From contig JASLKH010000085.1 of the NCBI GenBank assembly GCA_030747675.1, forward strand, positions 1 through 14,767: 14,767 nt of DNA, written 5' to 3'. The notes beneath the pieces are model-generated. The model made no database searches. It was not told where the DNA came from and saw only the letters and a program-made list of their open reading frames with translations. This DNA comes from Candidatus Thalassarchaeaceae archaeon. Lineage in GTDB: Archaea > Thermoplasmatota > Poseidoniia > Poseidoniales > Thalassarchaeaceae. Shown piece after piece: positions 1 to 6,781 of the stretch; position 1 is the first letter of the stretch, and each line of letters opens with the position of its first letter. The translations under genes and the position numbers were made by a program.

Positions 1-447
1 CGGGAAGAGATTGCAAAAACACAAATTGAAATCGCTGCAGAAGCGGAGGCGGAACGCCAACGTCGTATTGCGAGAGGTGAGGCAGACGCCATCCTTGCTC
101 GTTATGAGGCTGAAGCAGAAGGTACGCAGAAAGTTCTCTCTGCCAAAGCCGCAGGTTACGAAATGTTGGTGAAGAGTGCTGGTGGCGATCCTAAAGCCGC
201 AGCAACTCTGCTGATGGTAGAGAAGATTGAGCACATGGTTAATGCTCAAGTTGAGGCGGTTAAGAACCTCAAGATTGACAAGATTACAGTATGGGATTCA
301 GGGGTGGACGCAGAAGGAAAAGGAGCGACCTCTAATTTCGTCAGCAGTTTAGTTCAGACACTACCTCCTATGCATGATGTGGCAAAGATGGCAGGTGTTG
401 AGTTGCCGGAGTATATGGGCTCAATGGCGGAAGAGACCACGGAATGA
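1..447 (+). CDS. Flotillin/SPFH (band 7) family membrane scaffold protein, C-terminal part (5' truncated by window edge)
   Basis: Frame +1 is open from base 1 (REEIAKTQIEIAAEAEAERQRRIARGEADAILARYEAEAEG...) and runs into the 163..447 ORF. It has the AEA-rich coiled-coil repeats and the 'VEAVKNLKIDKITVWDSG' tail typical of prokaryotic flotillins. Stop TGA at 445-447. Confidence 0.85.
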   Translation, partial: REEIAKTQIEIAAEAEAERQRRIARGEADAILARYEAEAEGTQKVLSAKAAGYEMLVKSAGGDPKAAATLLMVEKIEHMVNAQVEAVKNLKIDKITVWDSGVDAEGKGATSNFVSSLVQTLPPMHDVAKMAGVELPEYMGSMAEETTE

Positions 448-455
448 GTCGCAAG

Positions 456-488
456 CGTTGAAGGCAGAACCGCCTTCGGCGGTTCATG
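456..488 (+). promoter_or_regulatory. Putative promoter/operator element CGTTGAA-N12-TTCGGCGGTTCATG, overlapping a perfect 8-bp inverted repeat
   Basis: GAACCGCC-TTC-GGCGGTTC at 467-485 is a perfect 8-bp stem with a 3-nt loop and no T-tract. The same bipartite motif recurs on the - strand at 6761..6728. TTGAA lies 28 nt upstream of the ATG at 486, which fits archaeal TATA spacing (inference). Confidence 0.45.
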
Positions 489-516
489 CTCACATGTTGA
501 GCAAGGGGCGATTTAG

Positions 517-1959
517 GTGGTGAACTATGGTTTCGTTATCGATAATCGCACATGTATTGGATGCCATGCATGTACTGTTGCGTGTAAATCTGAACATGAT
601 GTCCCAATTGGAGTCAATCGTACGCATGTTAAGTACATCGAAACTGGGACATACCCTGATTCATCACGTGAATTCAGCGTTCATCGTTGCAACCATTGTG
701 CGGATTCACCCTGTACCACTATTTGTCCAACAACGGCATTATTCACCCGTAATGATGGCATTGTAGACTTCGATGATGACAGATGTATTGGGTGCAAGTC
801 CTGCATGCAGGCCTGTCCGTACGATGCGTTGTACATTGATCCAAATCAAGGAACAGCAGCAAAGTGCAATTATTGCGCCCATCGAATCGAGAATTCTTAC
901 GAACCTGCATGTGTCATAGTTTGCCCCACCGAATCAATAGTATCTGGGGATTTAGATGACTCTAATTCCAGAATTTCTCAAATTGTTGCTACCCATGATG
1001 TAAAGGTGCGTAAACCTGAGGCTGGAACAAAACCAAATCTGTACTATGTGGAGACCAGTGATGAGATGCTTGATCCTTCTGCATCTGAAGTGACAGGAAC
1101 GGGAGTGTGGACCGAGCAAGCATTTGGAGTGGGGCATTTTGCGAAGTATGCTGAATCTCGACTTGAACAAGCAGACACACCTTCGATGATTGTCCAATTG
1201 GCTTTAGAAAAGAAAGCGAAATCTGCCTCCCCAAGGGATCAAGCAATCATTCGAGATGTAATGTCGAAACTTTCGGATGATTCTCCAAAGGCAAAACGTG
1301 TTTATGACCAACCGAGTAAGGGAATCCTCTGGGGTTGGGAAGTCTCAGCTTATCTGACAACAAAGGCACTAGCAACGGGTCCATACATGGTTTTCATGCT
1401 CTTGGCATTAACAATCGGCATCGCTCCAAAAGTGATGCTTGGTGGGTTTTTACTTCTCAGTTTAGCCATGTTATCGCTTACAGGTATTCTCCTCATTATC
1501 GACTTGGATCGTCCGGAAAGATTCCTTTATGTCCTGCTCCGACCAAATTGGTCTTCGTGGTTGGTGAAAGGTGCTTACTTGTTGTTAGGTTATGGCGCAG
1601 TCATTAGTTTGCATCTTGTAGGGTTGTTCATGGATGCTTCATGGACTTTCCATGTTAATCTAGCAATACTTGGCATCCCGTTGGCGTGGATGAGTGGTAT
1701 TTACACTGGATTTTTACTGCGCCAAGGCAAAGCACGTCAAGAATGGTCTGATAAGAGCACATTCGAAATTTCCTTGGAGCATACTCTGATGCTAATTGCC
1801 GTTGCAGTTGGCGTATTCATGATTGGAACTCCTCTACTAGCAAATACATTTGATGTAACGGCATTCTTGGTGACAGTAGTAGGTGTTGGTTTACTCATAT
1901 TGACATCTTATGTCAATCATCGCGAAATCATTGAACCACAAATGGAGCCACTTTTGTGA
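517..1959 (+). CDS. Fused 4x[4Fe-4S] electron-transfer subunit (NrfC/PsrB/DmsB-like) + NrfD/PsrC-type membrane anchor
   Basis: 16 Cys in the four-cluster pattern (CIGCHACTVAC; CNHCADSPCTTIC; CIGCKSCMQAC; CNYC...CVIVC) and a 'KPNLYY' domain end. After a ~90-aa linker come NrfD hallmarks 'WGWEVSAYL', 'IIDLDRPERF' and 'RPNWSSWL', with about 6 hydrophobic helices. The start could be GTG 517 or GTG 520. Confidence 0.9.
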   Translation: MVNYGFVIDNRTCIGCHACTVACKSEHDVPIGVNRTHVKYIETGTYPDSSREFSVHRCNHCADSPCTTICPTTALFTRNDGIVDFDDDRCIGCKSCMQACPYDALYIDPNQGTAAKCNYCAHRIENSYEPACVIVCPTESIVSGDLDDSNSRISQIVATHDVKVRKPEAGTKPNLYYVETSDEMLDPSASEVTGTGVWTEQAFGVGHFAKYAESRLEQADTPSMIVQLALEKKAKSASPRDQAIIRDVMSKLSDDSPKAKRVYDQPSKGILWGWEVSAYLTTKALATGPYMVFMLLALTIGIAPKVMLGGFLLLSLAMLSLTGILLIIDLDRPERFLYVLLRPNWSSWLVKGAYLLLGYGAVISLHLVGLFMDASWTFHVNLAILGIPLAWMSGIYTGFLLRQGKARQEWSDKSTFEISLEHTLMLIAVAVGVFMIGTPLLANTFDVTAFLVTVVGVGLLILTSYVNHREIIEPQMEPLL

Positions 1960-1964
1960 GGTGA
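1958..1964 (+). promoter_or_regulatory. Ribosome-binding site GAGGTGA overlapping the upstream stop codon
   Basis: GAGGTGA at 1958-1964, 4 nt before ATG 1969. Matches the archaeal Shine-Dalgarno consensus GGAGGTGA. Confidence 0.75.
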
Positions 1965-1968
1965 AAAA

Positions 1969-4707
1969 ATGGTTATCAAACGTTCATTCATTGAGAGGAT
2001 TTCAGAAAAATTGGGCATTATACCAAAAATCTCTGAAGGCAAGGATAGCAATCCTTCAGAACTTCCATTACGCAAATTCCCAAACCCCGATGAATGGAAT
2101 AATCACGTTGAACTGGATGCCAATGAATGGCCTAAAAAAGTCGAGAAGAACTACAGCCTAATTCCTACAACCTGTTTCAATTGCGAATCTGCATGCGGCT
2201 TGTTAGCTTATGTTGACAAAGACAGCGGCGAGGTTCAGAAGTTCGAAGGGAATCCTCACCATCCTGGTTCGCGAGGCCGCAACTGCGCCAAGGGTCCAGC
2301 AACAATCAACCAAATTCAGGATACTGAACGTATTCTACATCCGATGAAACGAGTTGGTACTCGGGGCGATGGAGAATGGGAACAAATTTCATGGAGCCAA
2401 GTACTTGATGAAATTGCCGAAAAGATACGAACATCCTTGAAGACTGGTGCCAAGGACCGTGTAGTCTACCACGTCGGGCGACCAGGGCATGAGGGCTACA
2501 CCAACCGCGTGCTCAAAGCATGGGGTGTGGATGGACATAATTCCCACACGAACATTTGCAGTGCAGGGGCCCGAACTGGATACGCTCTATGGCATCAGCA
2601 CGATCGCCCATCTCCTGATCATGCCAATGCCAAAGTCATCCTTTTGACTTCTTCACATCTTGAAACTGGGCATTACTTCAATCCACACGCTCAACGAATT
2701 CTTGAGGGGATGATGGACGGAGCCAAATTGATTGTAATTGACCCAAGATTATCAAATACAGCTGCCATGGCTGACCATTGGTTACCCACTTGGCCTGGTT
2801 CAGAACCTGTACTATTCCTCTGCTGGGCTCGAATGATTATGGAGAAGGAATTGGTTGATCGAGACTTCGTTGAAAATCAAGTGAATTGGGAAGATTGGAT
2901 GAAAGCAGTGCATATTGATGAGGAATGCACATACGAAAGGTTCCTTGAATTGTTACTAGATGAATATGCAGAATATACGCCTGAATACGCAGCAGAAGAG
3001 TGTAGAATTCCCGTTGAGCAAGTGATTGAAGCCGGTGAAGTTGTGGCTAGTGCGGGCACACAATTGTGCACTCATGTTTGGCGTAGTGCTGCGATTGGAA
3101 ATTTGGGAGGGTGGCAAGTTAGTCGCACCTTACATTTCCTCAACGTCCTGACTGGAAGTGTAGGCACTGAAGGAGGAACTGCTCCAAATTCTTGGTCTAA
3201 GTTCAAACCAGAATTATTCGATATACCTCCTGACCCGGATGGTTGGAATGAATTACACTTCCCGCCGGAGTACACTTTGGCACACTATGAGATGAGCCAT
3301 ATCTTGCCACACTTGGTTAAAGATGGACGGGGTACAATGGATGTCTATTTCTCTCGAGTATTCAATCCCGTGTGGACATACCCTGATGGATTTTCATGGA
3401 TGGAAATGTTACAGAATGAGGAAAGCATTGGGTGTCACATTGCATTGACACCAACATGGAATGAAACGGCATTCTTCGCAGATTATGTCTTGCCCATGGG
3501 CCATGCTTCAGAACGTCACGATGTCAATTCTTATGCAACTAGTTCAGGGAAGTGGGTTGCATTCCGTCAACCAGTATTACGTGAATATGCACGTCGTGAA
3601 GGAAAGAATGTGACATTCACACATGAGATAAATCCAGGGGAAGTATGGGAAGAAGATGAGTTCTGGAATGAATTGAGTTTACGAATTGATCCTGATGGTG
3701 AAATGGGTATTAAGAAGCACTTTGAATCTCCCTATAGACCGGGTGAATCCATAACAATTGATGAATATTATCAATATCTTTTCGAGAGAGTCCCTGGATT
3801 AACTGAAGCCGCTGAAGAAGAAGACATTACTGAGTTAGATTACATGCGCAAGCATGGTGCATTTATGATTGAACCAGCAACTTACAAGAAACACGAGAAA
3901 GAAGGATGGCCTACACCTAGTGGAAAGCAAGAATTTTATTCACAGACGATGATTGATTTCGGTTATCCCGAACATGCAATTCCACATTTCAGGATAAAGA
4001 GTCATGTCCACCCATCTCGACTTGAGGGAGAGGATGAATATTGTCTCTTGCCGAATTTCCGATTGCCTCAACACATTCATTCACGTTCGGCCAATGCTAA
4101 GTGGTTGGTCGAAATAGCCCATAGAAATCCAATTTGGATTCACCCCAGAGATGCGTCAAAGCTTGGTGTTGAAGAGGGAGAATTGCTGAAAATTGAAACT
4201 GAAATAGGTTGGTTTGTGGACAAAGTTTGGGTGACTGAAAGTATCAAACCGGGAGTTATTGGCTGCAGTCACCACATTGGTCGATGGCGTCGAAGTCAAG
4301 ATCGTGGTAACCGTTTCTTGACAAACGAGGTCAAGATTGAGAACAAAGGGAATGGAAAGATGCGGATGCGTACCTTAAGTGGAGTAAGACCATTTGAATC
4401 TGAAGATCCAGATACAAATCGAATTTGGTGGAGGGATGGCGGTGTTCACCAGAATATCACACATGCAGTTCAGCCAGACCCAATCTCGGGAGCTCATTGC
4501 TGGTTGCAAAAGGTTCGACTTTCCAAACCTGGTCCGGATGAGCAGTATGGAGATGTTGAAGTAGACACTGAGAAATCCTTTGCATACTACAAGAAGTGGA
4601 ACGAAATGGCTCTTGAGAAGGAGACTCATCCTCGCGGTGAAAGAAGGCCATTATGGATGAAGAGACCACTTTCTCCACAAAAGAAACATTGGTTCATGCC
4701 GAAATGA
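1969..4707 (+). CDS. Molybdopterin (Mo/W-bisPGD, DMSO reductase superfamily) oxidoreductase catalytic subunit, Psr/Phs/Ttr/Arr-like clade, substrate unknown
   Basis: FS0 motif C69-x2-C72-x3-C76-x29-C106 (CFNCESAC...NCAKG). 'RILHPMKRVG..GDGEWEQISW' follows it. Putative Mo-ligand Cys197 in SHTNICSAGAR. 'KLIVIDPR' is present, as is a C-terminal dinucleotide-binding domain (FRLPQHIHSRSAN...IWIHPRDASKLGVEEGE). Confidence 0.9.
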   Translation: MVIKRSFIERISEKLGIIPKISEGKDSNPSELPLRKFPNPDEWNNHVELDANEWPKKVEKNYSLIPTTCFNCESACGLLAYVDKDSGEVQKFEGNPHHPGSRGRNCAKGPATINQIQDTERILHPMKRVGTRGDGEWEQISWSQVLDEIAEKIRTSLKTGAKDRVVYHVGRPGHEGYTNRVLKAWGVDGHNSHTNICSAGARTGYALWHQHDRPSPDHANAKVILLTSSHLETGHYFNPHAQRILEGMMDGAKLIVIDPRLSNTAAMADHWLPTWPGSEPVLFLCWARMIMEKELVDRDFVENQVNWEDWMKAVHIDEECTYERFLELLLDEYAEYTPEYAAEECRIPVEQVIEAGEVVASAGTQLCTHVWRSAAIGNLGGWQVSRTLHFLNVLTGSVGTEGGTAPNSWSKFKPELFDIPPDPDGWNELHFPPEYTLAHYEMSHILPHLVKDGRGTMDVYFSRVFNPVWTYPDGFSWMEMLQNEESIGCHIALTPTWNETAFFADYVLPMGHASERHDVNSYATSSGKWVAFRQPVLREYARREGKNVTFTHEINPGEVWEEDEFWNELSLRIDPDGEMGIKKHFESPYRPGESITIDEYYQYLFERVPGLTEAAEEEDITELDYMRKHGAFMIEPATYKKHEKEGWPTPSGKQEFYSQTMIDFGYPEHAIPHFRIKSHVHPSRLEGEDEYCLLPNFRLPQHIHSRSANAKWLVEIAHRNPIWIHPRDASKLGVEEGELLKIETEIGWFVDKVWVTESIKPGVIGCSHHIGRWRRSQDRGNRFLTNEVKIENKGNGKMRMRTLSGVRPFESEDPDTNRIWWRDGGVHQNITHAVQPDPISGAHCWLQKVRLSKPGPDEQYGDVEVDTEKSFAYYKKWNEMALEKETHPRGERRPLWMKRPLSPQKKHWFMPK

Positions 4708-5497
4708 TTCGATTCCCTATGTCCATTGCGTAGCGAACAAAGATGATGGCTAGCAATCCCAAAAAAACCTTGAGGATGACTTCATCATTCAATCGCATAC
4801 CTAATCGGGCACCTGAAGTTGCACCCACAAACACAGCAATAGGGAGTGTAAATAGCCAAATCAAATCAGGTAATTGGCCTTGCAAAAATAGTGCATGGGA
4901 AATAATTGCCATTGGGACGACGAACATCATTGTTCCAAAACTGGTTCCAATTGCAGTTCTAGAACGCAACCCTCCATATTGATGCAGCACGGGGATGTAA
5001 ATAGCACCGGCACCAATGGCTAGAGATGAACTGGCCAAACCTCCAAAACCGGCACCAATTCTGACTGGGATCGTTTGTATGTTGATTTCATCAGGTTCTG
5101 ATTTGCTGCTTTTTTGCGGCCTCATCTTTTTCCAAGTTTTGTAATTGGCCCATCCAACGACAAGCATTGTGGCCACTTTGAAAACAAAATCCAATTGATC
5201 ATCCAATTGTGAGACGATGAAGGCACCTAGAATGGCACCTGGAATTGCCCCAGAAAGGGCAATTTTGGCCACATTAAAATCAATTAGACCTTCCTTTCTA
5301 TGGACTAAACCTGAACCCCAAGATACTACTGCAGTGAGCATCAGGGATGTTAGAATTAATTCCCCTCCAATAGCCCACCCCGCTACATAGTGCAAGATTG
5401 GGACAAACAGAATACCTCCGCCCAAACCCAATGGAGCAAATAGAAATCCAACACAAAATACGAGTGCGAGGACGATGCCTAGCATCACCCAATCCAT
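4694..5497 (-). CDS. TSUP family (TauE/SafE, sulfite exporter-like) transporter
   Basis: 267 aa, about 8 hydrophobic helices, and two related halves ('APLGLGGGILFVPIL' and 'SLAIGAGAIYIPVL...AIGTS'), plus 'GAIPGAILGA' and 'GATSGARLG', as in TauE/SafE. An RBS-like GAGGTCGTGAT lies upstream on the - strand. Confidence 0.85.
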   Translation of the reverse strand: MDWVMLGIVLALVFCVGFLFAPLGLGGGILFVPILHYVAGWAIGGELILTSLMLTAVVSWGSGLVHRKEGLIDFNVAKIALSGAIPGAILGAFIVSQLDDQLDFVFKVATMLVVGWANYKTWKKMRPQKSSKSEPDEINIQTIPVRIGAGFGGLASSSLAIGAGAIYIPVLHQYGGLRSRTAIGTSFGTMMFVVPMAIISHALFLQGQLPDLIWLFTLPIAVFVGATSGARLGMRLNDEVILKVFLGLLAIIFVRYAMDIGNRIISA

Positions 5498-5509
5498 TAA
5501 ATCACGACC

Positions 5510-6730
5510 TCAAAGAGCCTCGATAATCATGGCAATACCTTGACCGCCACCAATACATGCGGTGGCCACACCATACTTACCACCACATCGCTGTAATTCG
5601 TGTGCTAGTGTGAGTACGAGCCGAGTGCCTGTGGCTGCCAATGGGTGCCCTAGTCCTACAGCGCCACCATTGACATTGACTTTCTCAACATCAAGACCGA
5701 GGTCTTTGACACAAGCCACAGCTTGACCAGCAAAAGCTTCGTTGATTTCCCAGCGGTCGATGTCTTCGATTGCGAGGCCGGCCTTTTCGAGAGCCATTCG
5801 TGAGGAGGGTACAGGTCCGTAGGCCATGATGGCCGGTTCCAATCCAACAATTCCCCATGTAACAATGCGTGCCAATGGAGTATCGCCATCAGAGGCTGCT
5901 TGACTGGCTGATTTTACTACAACAGCTGCACCACCGTCAACGACACCTGATGCATTTCCTGCTGTCACCAGAGAATCCGGACCGAAGGCCGTGCGCAATC
6001 CAGCAAGTGATTCGGCCGTGCAGTCTAGCACGACGTGATCTTCATTTTTGTGACCAATATCTCCAACAGGAATAATCTCCTGTTCGAATATATTGTTCTG
6101 AATTGATGCGGCTGTACGTGCATGTGACATTGCTGCAAACTCATCAGTCTCTTCTCGAGTGACGCCTTTTCGCTTGCAAATCTCATCTGAGGTTTGAGCC
6201 ATGAATGAGCCACACATACCATCGAGTAAATTAGTGAATAGGTAATCTTCCATGTCTCTGGGCAATTCAATTCCGGCTTGAGGTGGACGCCCCAGTCGGA
6301 ATGTATCACGCATACCTCGTAGAACATGCGGTGCTTGTGACATGTTCTCCATGCCCCCTGCAACGACCGTGGATGCCTCTCCCAACTGAATCATCTGTGC
6401 TGCGTTAACAATCGATTGAACGCCTGAACCACAGATACGAGATACTGTGAGCATGGGGACTTCTTGTGGAATGCCTGCGCCTAGGCCCGCGTGTCGAGCA
6501 CCAAAGATGGCTTGGTCACATGTTTGCAGTGCATAACCCATGACCACATGGTCGACACTTTCAGGAGCAGTACCTGTCTTTTCGAGTGCACCTCTGATGG
6601 CAATTTCACCGAGTTTCAGTGCTGAAGTATCCTTGAGTAAACCACCCGGTTTACCATCGCCTCTCTTTCCTCCAGACCATTCGCAGAATGGAGTTCTTGC
6701 TCCACCAACTATCACGACATCTTCGACCAT
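5510..6730 (-). CDS. Acetyl-CoA C-acyltransferase (thiolase)
   Basis: N-terminal 'VVIVGGARTPF', nucleophile 'TVSRICGSG', 'VVAGGMENMS', 'VTAGNASGVVDGGAAVV', 'WEINEAFAGQ', 'GHPLAATG' and 'ACIGGGQG'. All catalytic motifs are intact. Confidence 0.95.
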   Translation of the reverse strand: MVEDVVIVGGARTPFCEWSGGKRGDGKPGGLLKDTSALKLGEIAIRGALEKTGTAPESVDHVVMGYALQTCDQAIFGARHAGLGAGIPQEVPMLTVSRICGSGVQSIVNAAQMIQLGEASTVVAGGMENMSQAPHVLRGMRDTFRLGRPPQAGIELPRDMEDYLFTNLLDGMCGSFMAQTSDEICKRKGVTREETDEFAAMSHARTAASIQNNIFEQEIIPVGDIGHKNEDHVVLDCTAESLAGLRTAFGPDSLVTAGNASGVVDGGAAVVVKSASQAASDGDTPLARIVTWGIVGLEPAIMAYGPVPSSRMALEKAGLAIEDIDRWEINEAFAGQAVACVKDLGLDVEKVNVNGGAVGLGHPLAATGTRLVLTLAHELQRCGGKYGVATACIGGGQGIAMIIEAL

Positions 6731-6761
6731 GAACCGGCGAACTAGAACGGGTTATTCAACG
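6728..6761 (-). promoter_or_regulatory. Putative promoter element CGTTGAA-N13-TTCGCCGGTTCATG ending in the thiolase start codon (possibly leaderless transcript)
   Basis: The - strand reads CGTTGAA TAACCCGTTCTAG TTCGCCGGTTC ATG. TTGAA lies 29 nt before the ATG, and there is no Shine-Dalgarno. It is near-identical to the 456-488 element. Confidence 0.45.
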
Positions 6762-6775
6762 GAACGGGTCTTCAA
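6745..6775. repeat. Imperfect direct repeat GAACGGGTTATTCAA / GAACGGGTCTTCAA in the traB-thiolase spacer
   Basis: Copies read directly at 6745-6759 and 6762-6775 (17-nt offset). A related GAACCGG lies at 6731-6737. Confidence 0.6.
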
Positions 6776-6781
6776 TCCGTA

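Noticed and set aside
527-2161. Alternative-frame ORFs at 527, 952, 989, 1335 and 1910
   Set aside because: All are nested in the well-supported FeS-NrfD or Mo genes and lack protein-like features.
4691-4698. Another GGTTCATG at the convergent overlap
   Set aside because: Only 8 nt, within doubly coding sequence, and without the upstream CGTTGAA. Likely chance.
1969-4707. Calling the Mo enzyme a formate dehydrogenase, nitrate reductase, DMSO reductase or arsenate reductase, or invoking selenocysteine
   Set aside because: There is no in-frame TGA. The ligand loop SHTNICSAGAR matches none of those signatures closely enough, so only clade-level assignment is supportable.
6731-6775. Repeats as a CRISPR remnant
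   Set aside because: Only two 14-15-nt units with a 2-nt gap. No spacers and no cas genes.
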